From: Cyanophyceae cyanobacterium
GTDB lineage: Bacteria; Cyanobacteriota; Cyanobacteriia; Cyanobacteriales; Laspinemataceae
DNA: 64,000 nucleotides
Direction of reading: 5' to 3'
Assembly (NCBI GenBank): GCA_038321985.1
Contig: JBBQFN010000002.1
Coordinates: 96,001 to 160,000, forward strand
The notes under the pieces are model-generated. The model did no database searches. It worked only from the letters and a program-made list of their open reading frames with translations, and was not told the origin of the DNA. Numbering within the stretch: the first letter of the stretch is position 1; every line of letters starts with the position of its first letter. The translations under genes and the position numbers were made by a program. Shown one piece after another: positions 43,676 through 54,100 of the stretch.

Positions 43676-43804
43676 ATGGAGCAAACAAATCCCCCACTGC
43701 GTCAGAATCCATTTCAGACTTATCGAGATCCCGTGACAGGTCAATGGATTGTGGTAAAGCCGTCTGAGACAACCCACTCCAACTCGTCTCAAAGAGCCGC
43801 CTAA
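43676..43804 (+). CDS. 42-aa small protein (absent from the ORF track)
   Basis: AGGA RBS; MEQTNPPLRQNPFQTYRDPVTGQWIVVKPSETTHSNSSQRAA. Confidence 0.65.
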   Translation: MEQTNPPLRQNPFQTYRDPVTGQWIVVKPSETTHSNSSQRAA

Positions 43805-44640
43805 CTGCAAGGGAACCTATCGGATTACCTAAAATTTGGCAAACTCATTTATAAGATCAGCCTCATCCCGAAAAAAGCAACAGAACAAAAACTTCTAATT
43901 TTTATACCCTGTCGCTTTTAGCTTAATTGCCTAAAAAAGTGACGCGTTTTTTAAGGGGTAGGGCAGTTTTTTTAAACGACCTCAGTTAGGATAACTTTTA
44001 TTTTTAGGGTGGCGATCGCCCCCAGCAAATTTTTCCACGGCAAGGGTGGAAAGAGTCGGGGGATTGGTCCATTTAACAAGACTCAAACCCGAGTGTGCTC
44101 GCCTCAAAAAAGCGATCGCCCTGTGGTGGTTTTCCAGGGGTTAATTAAAATACCCCTAAATAGGGAGTCGGCAGTATCCCTCGTCTTGCCAGATTCTCAA
44201 CTGTCCATCAACCGCTGCGGTTAATTTCTAGCCCCAATCAGGGTTTAAGGCATTCCTCAGCGATCGGATCAAATAGTGACACCCTCCAACCCGGATTAGA
44301 AAACCAACCCCGCTAGAGTTGATTTATCAAAAATTAAGGCTAGCGACCATGTTAAACCGAATTTTTTTAACCCTGGCGATCGTATCCTCTTTAAACTTTT
44401 TTTTAAGCAGTACCTTCACCACTCCCGAACCCACCCGTTCTTCGGTCTCTCAAAACCCTGTCTACTCAATTTTGCCCCAGGAATGGTAGCATCCCCGACG
44501 CCCCTGAATCATTCCGGATTGATCCCCTCAACCCTCCTGATCCAGGGGGGCTTTTTATGGTTTTGAACTTCTGGAAGGAATTTAGATAAATTATGGAGGA
44601 AAAAGGATAGAGAATCAGGGAAATGAGGGATAAAAAGGCT

Positions 44641-45204
44641 ATGGCAAACCCAACAAGGGATGAGGTACAAGTCGCGCGATCGCTGGTGTTAAAGGTCGGA
44701 GAAAAAGGAACTCTCGACGCCGAAAGCTTGCAAGAGGCGATCGCCATTCTGGAAAAAGCACAAATCCGGGGCGATCGCTCGTTGCTAGAGGGGGAATGGC
44801 GGTTGCTGTGGACTTCGGGAACGAGAAAGTCTCAGAAATTTAAGATCACAGGAGACAGTCTCAATCGCAAAGCGACTGCTGAAGTCCTCCAGCGCATTGA
44901 TATGCAGCGACAGTGGTTTGAAAATCAAGTTGCGCTGACGTGGGGTTCTTTAACCGTAGGGGGTCCCTTTGAGTACAAGCAGCACCGCATCCAATTCCAC
45001 TTTAAGCGCGTCGGGGTACAACTTGGAACCCGGCGCGGACTAACATTGCCCCTGGGCAAGTGGGCCTCGGGATGGCTACAAACTACCTACCTAGACGAGG
45101 GCTTGCATCTAGAACGGGGAGACCGAGGCGGGATTTCCGTCTACCGGCAAGTGGGGACTTCACCCCTAAGCCTCTACAAAGATAACGATAGAATAATACT
45201 TTGA
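44641..45204 (+). CDS. PAP/fibrillin family protein
   Basis: LLEGEWRLLWTS, GWLQTTYLDEGLHLERGDRG. Confidence 0.85.
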   Translation: MANPTRDEVQVARSLVLKVGEKGTLDAESLQEAIAILEKAQIRGDRSLLEGEWRLLWTSGTRKSQKFKITGDSLNRKATAEVLQRIDMQRQWFENQVALTWGSLTVGGPFEYKQHRIQFHFKRVGVQLGTRRGLTLPLGKWASGWLQTTYLDEGLHLERGDRGGISVYRQVGTSPLSLYKDNDRIIL

Positions 45205-45228
45205 CATACCCCAGCAGAGGAATGAATA

Positions 45229-45630
45229 ATGGTTGAGAAAGTCCAAAAATCTGAAAGCGAGTGGAAAGAGCAACTGACCCCAGAACAGTTCAAGGTCGCG
45301 AGAAAGAAGGGAACCGAAAGGGCCTTCAGCGGACCCTACCACGATAATAAAGAGAAGGGAGTCTATAAATGCGTCTGTTGCGGGACGGAGTTATTTACCT
45401 CACAGACGAAGTTTGACTCGGGTACAGGTTGGCCGTCCTTCTGGGCACCGATTCAAGAAGGACATATCGCTGAAGAAGAGGACCGGGCGATGTTTATGCG
45501 TCGAACCGAAGTGCTTTGTGCCAATTGTGACGCCCATTTGGGTCATGTTTTCCCTGATGGACCGAAACCGACGGGGTTGCGCTACTGCATTAATTCTGCA
45601 TCGCTCAACTTTGAGAAAGCTCAAGATTAA
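45229..45630 (+). CDS. msrB: Peptide-methionine (R)-S-oxide reductase
   Basis: [33 protein letters not shown]. Confidence 0.97.
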   Translation: MVEKVQKSESEWKEQLTPEQFKVARKKGTERAFSGPYHDNKEKGVYKCVCCGTELFTSQTKFDSGTGWPSFWAPIQEGHIAEEEDRAMFMRRTEVLCANCDAHLGHVFPDGPKPTGLRYCINSASLNFEKAQD

Positions 45631-45787
45631 TGGGGGGAGAAGGTCAGGTGGCGATCGCAACCTCTGACCGTTGAACTCCCCGGAAGCACCTGGGCAACGC
45701 CTACTCTGCGATCTAACAATATCTCCCGCTCTCAATCGGACGGGGTGTCATCATAAGGTATATCGTCTGTATTCACGATAACACCAC

Positions 45788-45812
45788 GAGGGGTAATCCC
45801 CCTCTTTTTTTT
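45788..45812 (+). terminator. Rho-independent terminator downstream of msrB
   Basis: GAGGGG-TAATC-CCCCTC followed by T8. Confidence 0.65.
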
Positions 45813-46025
45813 ACAAAAGTTTACCTTTTTTCTTGCGGTTGTTTTTAGCCGGTGTTTGCCGAAAGGTCAGGGAATCTTTATTGTAATACCACAATATTTT
45901 ACGGGCAAAAAATCCTGTAAAAGACTACCGGGCAAAGGGTTACTTCTTATATAAATTTTGCATTATCACCGCTAAAAATCTTTTAAGACCCCCTAAGAGG
46001 CTCTTAAAAAAAAACTAAAAACCCC

Positions 46026-46054
46026 TTGACAAAGAAAAACAGAGGCTCTTTAAT
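46026..46054 (+). promoter_or_regulatory. Sigma70-like promoter of the secreted-protein cluster
   Basis: TTGACA-N17-TTTAAT with AGAGGCTCTT direct repeats at 45996 and 46041. Confidence 0.6.
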
Positions 46055-46134
46055 GAAGATGTTCAGAGGATTAAAGAGGTAAACACTTCTTACCCCTCTC
46101 TTCACCCCTTACTTACCTCAAACCTGAAAAAACA

Positions 46135-46542
46135 ATGATTACCTCTCTTAACGCTTATAAAACCGTTGCTCAAGCTGTCAAAATGTCGAAACTCAGTGGA
46201 CTGTTGGGATTATTGACCCTAGCGACTTTAGGCGTTGTAGCCCTTCCTGCTCAAGCTGGGGGATACCGTGTCAGTGGGGATAATGCAGTGATTCAAACCA
46301 GCGAACAACGTGCCGTGGTCACCGGCAATGGTAACTTTGTAGACCAAAATTCCGCCCAAACCAATATTGATCGCCGTGGCAGTGGACTCGGGAATCAAGG
46401 TGTGGTTCAGGACCAATTACAGAATGCCGATGTTTATGGACATCACAATCAAGTCCGTCAAAGCAATCGTCAAACTACTGTCGAAGCAGATAGTAATCGG
46501 TTCGCACCTCGCCCTCGTCCCCAGTACCAAAAGAAACATTAA
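46135..46542 (+). CDS. Secreted protein with two curlin-like Q/G/N repeats
   Basis: Signal peptide ending ALPAQA; Q-x3-Q-x-A-x-V-x-G-x-x-N-x-V-x-Q-x3-Q occurs twice. Confidence 0.75.
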   Translation: MITSLNAYKTVAQAVKMSKLSGLLGLLTLATLGVVALPAQAGGYRVSGDNAVIQTSEQRAVVTGNGNFVDQNSAQTNIDRRGSGLGNQGVVQDQLQNADVYGHHNQVRQSNRQTTVEADSNRFAPRPRPQYQKKH

Positions 46543-46623
46543 GGCGATCGCCCTTAGACGACTCCCGATCCTGACGTCGGGAGAAATCACCCGACGTCAT
46601 TCCCCTTCCTGACGGTGCAAATC

Positions 46624-46947
46624 ATGTTCAAATCATTCAGCCGAGTCGGTCTAATCACCGCCATTTCCACCCTAGCGATCGCCAATCCCCTCGCTGCACA
46701 AGTCTCTCCTTACCGAGGCAGCAGTCGCCCGCCAACTCCCCCTATTGATCAACAAACCGTGATTACGGGAAACGGTAACACCGTTCAACAAAACGTCAAT
46801 CTCTATTATGTTGACCCCCGGGGTCGAGTCTTTCCCTATTCGTCTGCGCCATCCTCGACCAATCTCCAACAAGCAGTTAGCCCGAGTATCATCCGCACTC
46901 CGGTTAATCTTCCTAACCCTTCTTATCAAAATTTTCCCCGGTATTAA
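46624..46947 (+). CDS. Secreted protein with one curlin-like repeat
   Basis: Signal peptide ending PLAA; IDQQTVITGNGNTVQQNVN. Confidence 0.7.
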   Translation: MFKSFSRVGLITAISTLAIANPLAAQVSPYRGSSRPPTPPIDQQTVITGNGNTVQQNVNLYYVDPRGRVFPYSSAPSSTNLQQAVSPSIIRTPVNLPNPSYQNFPRY

Positions 46948-47084
46948 TGGCGTAATTTTGATGATTTGGTGAAAAACAAATCAGACTCAATCTTGGTGCA
47001 TCTCCCTTTATCTTTTTCAATCCCATCGGGGAGAGGTTGCTGCCTCTTTTCTCCCAAATTTAGTCATCTTCCGGGATAAAAATC

Positions 47085-47504
47085 ATGAAAAAATTTCACC
47101 TTCTCAGCAGTTTATCGATTGCGGCATTATTCACGGCTGCCCCGGTTGCTACGGATTTAGCTGCCGCCCAATGTCTGCAAATTGATACCGGGGTGCAAGT
47201 GTCTATTAGTGGCGGTGGGCCAGCCCAGCAAACCAATACGGTAGATATGGGAACCCCAGGATCTTGTGGTGGCAATGCGACGGTTACCACAGGAACCCAA
47301 ATTCATGTCGGACCGGATCGCGCGGTTCAAAACCGCTCAGTTCGTCAGTCAATCCGAGGGGGAGAGCGATCGCTCAGGCAGACCAGCTATCCCATCCAAA
47401 TTCGGGTAAATCCACAAATCAATGTTGACAATCCCGCTGATCGTATTAACCTCCTTAATAATCCCGCCGAACGGTATCGAGAACAATTACGGTTAATTCA
47501 ATAA
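47085..47504 (+). CDS. Secreted Q/G/T/V-rich beta protein with a Cys pair
   Basis: Signal peptide ending AAA-QC; GVQVSISG / GTQIHVG repeats. Confidence 0.7.
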   Translation: MKKFHLLSSLSIAALFTAAPVATDLAAAQCLQIDTGVQVSISGGGPAQQTNTVDMGTPGSCGGNATVTTGTQIHVGPDRAVQNRSVRQSIRGGERSLRQTSYPIQIRVNPQINVDNPADRINLLNNPAERYREQLRLIQ

Positions 47505-47570
47505 TAGTTAATTGGGATTAAATGTAAAGGTCAGGTTAGCTTCCGTATTTTTGTATTCAGGAAGAGAATT

Positions 47571-48209
47571 ATGTATAGAGCAATGAATTTAGTCGGGTAT
47601 TTAATCAAGCCTCCCCACCCCGTGAGATGGTTCGCCCTTTTCACCTGCTTAGCTGCATTGATCGCAGGTGCGACTCAGGCCCAGTCTCAAATGTTGATTC
47701 AGGTAGATGATCATGGTATTCGCGTAGAATCCGAGGGCGGTTTGAGCCTAGAATCGGTCCGCAGTCGCAGTCGCCTAGAGCGAGGGACTCACTTAGAGCG
47801 GTCCCGATTTGGGTTTCCCCCCTTCCCCCTAGAGCGCCTGAATCTGTTGTCTCAATCGACCTATTCCGGGCGATCGCCCCGGGTTACAGAGTCTCAAACC
47901 CAAGAAACTACCGGAATTACCGTGGATTCAGACGAATTAGCCCTGGAAGTTCGGGGCGATCGCGGCACTTACATCAGGGCAGAGATTACGATCGATGGCA
48001 GAGTCGTCGAAACCATTCGCGGCAACTACACGGCGATCGACCTGTCCTCCTATCTCAAGCGCGGTAAAAATGAGATTGAAATCACCGGAAGTTATACTCC
48101 GGCTAAATCTACTATTTATGTAGAGTTAACCGGCGATCAGAATACCGTCATGCAAGAAACCAGTGGCACGGGTCGGATCAACCAGACCCTAATCCTCGAT
48201 CGGCGCTAA
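47571..48209 (+). CDS. Secreted protein with a beta-sandwich-like C-terminal domain
   Basis: Signal peptide ending ATQA; ITIDGRVV...IDLSSYLKRGKNEIEITG. Confidence 0.7.
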   Translation: MYRAMNLVGYLIKPPHPVRWFALFTCLAALIAGATQAQSQMLIQVDDHGIRVESEGGLSLESVRSRSRLERGTHLERSRFGFPPFPLERLNLLSQSTYSGRSPRVTESQTQETTGITVDSDELALEVRGDRGTYIRAEITIDGRVVETIRGNYTAIDLSSYLKRGKNEIEITGSYTPAKSTIYVELTGDQNTVMQETSGTGRINQTLILDRR

Positions 48210-48245
48210 TACCAAGCCGGGTTTTGCCAAGTCTATTTTCTTTTC

Positions 48246-48271
48246 AGCCCGCCTACGCGGGCTTTATTTTT
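48246..48271 (+). terminator. Terminator or REP-like hairpin closing the secreted cluster
   Basis: AGCCCGC-CTAC-GCGGGCT followed by a T-rich tract. Confidence 0.65.
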
Positions 48272-48530
48272 GTAGCCGAACCCTGCATTCTCACAGTCAA
48301 AAAAACCGACATCCTCTTTAATGAATGTCCCTATAACCTCTACAAGGGGAATATTTTCCCGGAATGGGGACATTACCCTCTGAAAAAAATAGATTAATCC
48401 GGATAAGTCTGCGGTCTTGCGGTAAAATATCTTATAAATGGAGCAAGGTTCTCGGTGAGCCTCTGAAATAGAGGAACTATCCGAGGATAACAGAGTCTCT
48501 AGTATTGTATCGTCAAGAGGCAGTAAATAG

Positions 48531-50441
48531 GTGTTTTCCCGCGAGTTCCTTACTCAGATAGCCCACCAGCATCAACTTTCTCCCGATCAGGAGCGAGTAT
48601 TTTTGCTACGGTTTGCCGAGGATCAGGACTACGAAGATATTGCCGAACAGGTACAAACTTCCAAAGGAGCCTGCCTCAAACGAATGGGCCAAGTTTATAA
48701 GAAATTTGGCATCGAAGGGGGGACTCGCGGGAAAGAAAGCGAACTCCGAGCATTTCTGGATCAACGCTGGGTGCAATATCGAGCCTCGGCATTTCCAGGT
48801 TTGGAGGTAAATCTGGGTTCGGCACCGACTAGAGGTGCAGATTCCCAGGTGTTACCGGAAACATCAAGTGCGATCGCTGCTGTCTCGACTCCAGCAATGG
48901 TGAGTCGGAAAGTTGCCATATTTTTCGGCGATCGCCAACCGGATGAACGACTACTCGACCCTTTAAAACAGGCGATCGCCAGTGCGGGTCATCAAATTAT
49001 CCTGGCAGGGGATCATCCCCAGTCAGCCGAGAAAGGATTGGCCCAACTGCAAGAGGAACTACAATCTTGCGAGCGCTTGTTACTGTTGCTCTCGGGACAA
49101 TCTGCCTTCAGTGACCTGTTAATTGAAGAAGTGCGCCTCGCCCGAGAAGTGCGAGAGACCCGCAAAGATGGCACACCGGATATGTTCGCGATTCGGATCA
49201 ACTGGCCGACGGATTCGCCGGTGAGCTACGATCTGCGCGTTTTATTACAAGGTGTACCCCAACGGGAATGGCGATCGCCGACCGATACCCCGGCGATCGT
49301 CAGCGAAGTGCTACAGGCGATCGCCACGGGTAGTCTCCCCCGGCAAGTTGCGGTAGAATCCGCCGTCATCAGCGCCTTAACCCCCACCTGGGAAAGTGCC
49401 GATGGTCGTCCCCTCCCCTTTGCGGGACCGGAACTCCCGGAAGGTCAAGTGGATTTAGCCTCTCCCTTCTACGTCAATCGCCCCCCGATCGAAGAGCGCT
49501 GTTATGAAATGATTTTGCAACCCGGTGCGCTGATTCGGATCAAAGCACCGCGACAAATGGGTAAAACTTCTCTGATGGCTCGGATTCTTAATCATGCCGC
49601 TAATCAGGGCTATCGTCCGGTACATTTGAGCTTTCACCTAGCCGATAAAGGAGTATTTGCCAGCCTCGATAAATTCTTACAATGGTTCTGTGCTTATATC
49701 GGTCAGCAGTTACAACTCCCCAATCACCTTCCCGAATATTGGGATGATTTTTTAGGAAGTAATGTTAACTGTAAAGCCTACTTTGAAGAGTATCTGCTCA
49801 AAGAAATTAACACCCCTTTAGCCTTATGTCTCGATGAAGTAGACCGGGTTTTTCAACATCCGGATATTGCCGATGACTTTTTTGGCTTATTGCGAGCATG
49901 GCACGAAGAATCAAAACGGCGCGAAATTTGGAAAAAACTTCGCTTAGTCGTGGTTCATTCCACGGAAGTTTATATTCCTATGAATATCAATCAATCCCCT
50001 TTTAATGTGGGATTACCGATTGAATTACCGGAATTTACCCCCAATCTCGTCCAAGATTTAGCCCAGCGATATGGAATCAATTGGCGAGAAACAGACGTCA
50101 ATTACCTTATGAATATGGTAGGAGGACACCCCTTTTTAGTACGGTTGGCGCTCTATCATATCGCTCGACAAGATATTACCCTAGAAACCCTGTTAAAAAC
50201 TGCTCCCACAGAAGCTGGTTTTTATAACGACCATTTGCGGCGTCACCTGTGGAATTTAGAACAGCATCCGGCATTGGCAAAAGCCATGAAAGAAGTTGTA
50301 TTTAGTCCAAATCCGGTGCGCTTACCCTCAGAACAGGCGTTTAAATTACACAGCATGGGGTTAGTCAAGTTTCAAGGCAATAATGCGATCGAACGATGTG
50401 ATTTATATCGCCAATATTTCCGTAATCGACTGGATGGATAG
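48531..50441 (+). CDS. HTH - TIR-like - AAA_35 (STAND-like NTPase) protein
   Basis: YEDIAEQV...MGQVYKKFG HTH; LLLLSGQSAFSDLLIEEV TIR-like; KAPRQMGKTS Walker A, LCLDEVD Walker B, QSPFNVG. Confidence 0.88.
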   Translation: MFSREFLTQIAHQHQLSPDQERVFLLRFAEDQDYEDIAEQVQTSKGACLKRMGQVYKKFGIEGGTRGKESELRAFLDQRWVQYRASAFPGLEVNLGSAPTRGADSQVLPETSSAIAAVSTPAMVSRKVAIFFGDRQPDERLLDPLKQAIASAGHQIILAGDHPQSAEKGLAQLQEELQSCERLLLLLSGQSAFSDLLIEEVRLAREVRETRKDGTPDMFAIRINWPTDSPVSYDLRVLLQGVPQREWRSPTDTPAIVSEVLQAIATGSLPRQVAVESAVISALTPTWESADGRPLPFAGPELPEGQVDLASPFYVNRPPIEERCYEMILQPGALIRIKAPRQMGKTSLMARILNHAANQGYRPVHLSFHLADKGVFASLDKFLQWFCAYIGQQLQLPNHLPEYWDDFLGSNVNCKAYFEEYLLKEINTPLALCLDEVDRVFQHPDIADDFFGLLRAWHEESKRREIWKKLRLVVVHSTEVYIPMNINQSPFNVGLPIELPEFTPNLVQDLAQRYGINWRETDVNYLMNMVGGHPFLVRLALYHIARQDITLETLLKTAPTEAGFYNDHLRRHLWNLEQHPALAKAMKEVVFSPNPVRLPSEQAFKLHSMGLVKFQGNNAIERCDLYRQYFRNRLDG

Positions 50442-50504
50442 TTGAGATCCCGGTGCCTTCTGCCATAGTCGGGCCAGTTATATTCGAGGAGCTGATAAGT
50501 TTCC

Positions 50505-51101
50505 ATGACTCTCAAACATCTACCCGAAATTATCATGATGGTAGCTTTAACAATCCCTCTTAGTTTTACTCCTGCGGTCAATTCTGAAATGGTCAGAGTT
50601 TCACCGGAGAATTGCCCAAGAGAGAATCACCAAAAGTTAGCGCTATCTTCTGGCATAGCCGCAGAAAATGGAGGGTCACCTGGGGGTCAGGTGGTGCAAC
50701 CAATAGTTCCATCAGTAGCTTCTAAAAAATGTTCGGGGGTTTCATCGGTGGAATTGAAACCCGAAACCATACCGTTAGGGTTGGCACTAAGTAAACAAAG
50801 TAAAGATGCTTGTGCTGTTTCTGGGAGAATTTACGGAATTGAGCGCCAGAATTCCCGAGGAATTTATGTAGTGGTCATTGATCCGAATACGGACAATGCT
50901 TTGGCTCGATTTCCGGCTTATTCTACTTCGCCCAACCAACCGAATTATGAATTTTCCTTGATGCAACCGGGGCGCTATTTACTCAGTGTATTTCAAGATA
51001 GGGCCGGAACTTTAGTTCCTTTTAGGACGCGACCCAGTGAACGATTGATTAACTGTAGTCGGGGGAGTGAGTTGCCAGAAACAGACTTTGAGTTGCCATA
51101 A
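50505..51101 (+). CDS. Secreted hypothetical protein with a carboxypeptidase-regulatory/Ig-like domain
   Basis: Signal-like N-terminus; VSGRIYG...YEFSLMQPGRYLLSV; 4 Cys. Confidence 0.6.
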   Translation: MTLKHLPEIIMMVALTIPLSFTPAVNSEMVRVSPENCPRENHQKLALSSGIAAENGGSPGGQVVQPIVPSVASKKCSGVSSVELKPETIPLGLALSKQSKDACAVSGRIYGIERQNSRGIYVVVIDPNTDNALARFPAYSTSPNQPNYEFSLMQPGRYLLSVFQDRAGTLVPFRTRPSERLINCSRGSELPETDFELP

Positions 51102-51150
51102 ATCACAGGGTTGAAACCGAGGGCTAATGCAGGTAGATACGGGTGACTGG

Positions 51151-54100
51151 ATGAATAAAAAACTGACGTCAATGTACTATCAAGTCGGGGGAAGTTTACC
51201 GCCAAATTCTCCGACCTATGTCGTCCGTAAAGCCGATCACGAACTCTATGAGAATCTCAAGGCGGGGGAGTTTTGCTATGTCCTGACCTCACGACAAATG
51301 GGTAAATCTAGCTTGCAATTGAGGACGATGCAAACCCTACAAGCGGAGGGATATGCTTGCGCGGCGATCGATTTATCGGCGATCGGGAATAAAGATGTGA
51401 CGCCGGTGCAGTGGTATAGCGGGATTATTCATACCCTGGTCAGTTATTTTAATTTGTTCAGTCGCCTAGAGTTTCGGACTTGGTTGCGAGATCGCGACGA
51501 ACTATCTCCCGTGCAATGCTTGCATGAATTTATAGACTCGGTTTTGCTGGTGCGAATGTCAGAAAACATCGTGATTTTTATCGATGAAATTGATAGCGTG
51601 CTGGGATTAAATTTCCCAATTGATGATTTTTTTGCGGCAATTCGGGCTTGTTATAATAAACGAGCGCAGAACCCAGAATACAAACGGCTGACATTTGTTT
51701 TACTGGGAGTTGCCACCCCAACGGAGTTAATTCAGGATAAAAGTCGCACCCCCTTTAATATCGGTCGAGCAATCCAAATTGAGGGGTTTAAAATTCAGGA
51801 AGCGCAACCCTTGGCGGAGGGTTTAGAACAAGGGTGCGATCGCCCGGGGGTGGTCCTGAAGGAGATTTTAAACTGGACTAATGGACAACCCTTTTTGACT
51901 CAAAAACTGTGTCAGTTAGTGTTAGCTACTGAGAGTCCGATAGAGAGAGGGATGGAAGCAGAACGGGTGGAACAGTTGGCCCAGTCCCAAATTGTGGACA
52001 ATTGGGAATCCCAGGATGAACCCCCCCATTTAAAAACCCTGCGCGATCGCCTCCTCCGAAATGAACAACGTGCGAGTCGGCTGTTAGGACTTTATCAACA
52101 AGTCTTACTCTGTGTCCAACTCCCGGCAGATAACAGTCCAGAACAGCTTGAATTGCAGCTATCTGGTTTAACTCTGAAACGCTATTCTAAATTAACCGTT
52201 TATAACCCAATTTATGCCTTAGTTTTTAACGAGCAATGGGTGGAACAGGCATTAGCCGATTTGCGACCCTATGCCGAAGCCTTATCCGCTTGGGTAGTGT
52301 CCGATTGCCAGGATGAATCGCGCCTGTTGCGGGGACAGGCATTACGGGATGCTCAACAATGGGCGACGACCCATAGTTTAAGCGATCGCGACTATCAGTT
52401 TCTCGCCGCCAGTCAAGAGGTGGAAAAACGGGAAGTTCAAAAAGCCCTAGAAGCTGAGAAAAAAGCGATTCAACTTTTAGCTGAAGCCAATCAAAAACAG
52501 GTAGAAGCCAATCAGATTTTAACCCAGGCCCAACAAAAAGCCAATCGGATGCTCAAACGTGCCTATTGGAGCATTATGGGACTGGTAGCCCTAGCTACAA
52601 TAATCGTTTGTCGCGGTACTATTGCTTTAAAAGAAGCCCAAAAAGGCACATTAATTGAGCGCCAAGGGGCGAATGCTTTAAAGTGGTTTGAATCGGAAGG
52701 GGTGGAACTCGAAGCCTTGTTACTGGCGATGCAAGCCGGACAAGATTTAAAAGCTCTAGTTAAGGGCGATCGCCGATTAACCCATTATCCCACGATTAGC
52801 CCTTTATATGCATTACAAACCATTCTCCATCAAATCCATGAAAAAAATCAACTCCGAGGACATCAAGGAGCTGTTCGGACTGTCAGCTTTAGTCCAAATG
52901 GAGAATTTTTGGCGACGGGAGGAGAAGAGGGCCGAGTGCAACTTTGGAACCGTTCAGGAGTGTATATTAGGACTATTGAACTTCATAAAAGCCCCATTGA
53001 TAGCGTTAGTTTTAGTTCCGATGGTGCGCGAATTGCAACCGCTTCCGAAGATGGAACGGTGCAAATTTTGCAACGAAATGGAACCCGTATCGGGGCGATT
53101 AGCGCCGAAACAGGAGCAATTGATCGAGTCAGTTTTAGTCCCGAGGGCGATCGCTTAGCTACCGCTTCAGAAACTGGCACAGTCCGAGTCTGGAATCAGC
53201 AAGGAAAGTTGCTTAATGAAATAGGAAGCGCTAACCGTACAATTAACACCGTGAGTTTTAGTCCCAACGGAGAACACTTTGCTACTGCCGAAGTCCAGGG
53301 AACCGTGCGAATTTGGAATCTAAATGGCAAACTTAAAGCCACCTTAACTATTCCCTCAAATCCCCGCCAAGAGTTCAGTTCCACTCCCGATGCTCAACCG
53401 TCAGTCAACAGCATGAGTTTTAGCCCCAACGGGGAATTATTAGCAACTGCTGGATTTGATGGGACGGTGAGAATTTGGAACCTATCGGGTCAAGAACTCT
53501 CAGAGTTCAACACCGCTCAAAGCGCCATTAATAGCATGAGTTTTCATCCCAACGGGTCAGAAATTGCAATTGTAGGATTTGATGGCAAGGTGCGTCTGTG
53601 GACTCTGGAAGGGGTATTACTAGAGCAATTTAAAGGCGATCGCCATGATCGGATTACGAGCATGACCTTTAGTCCTGATGGAGAGCGTTTAGTGACTGGA
53701 GGAGTGGATGGAACGGTAAGACTCTGGGATATTTCCCGCCCACAGAATGAGCCATTTCAACTCCCTCAAAATCAGAGCGATCGCCCTTTACCCAAGAAGG
53801 AAACCCCAGAAACCAGCAACTCCCCGCAAATGATGGCGCGATCAACTAAAATCCCTTTAGAAAATCAGTTTTTACGGATAGGATTTAGTCCGGACGGGGA
53901 ACGGTTTGCCACTGCTCAAACCAATGGAACTGTTCAGATTTGGACCAGTTCCGGTCAGGCAGTCAGTCCCCCATTCCAAGCCCATCAAAGTCGGATTTCT
54001 ACTCTCAGTTTTAGCCCGGATGGACAGTCTTTAGCAACTGCCGGAGAAGACGGAAGCGTGCGCCTCTGGAATCGGTCTGGCGAACCTCTTCAGCCCAAGT

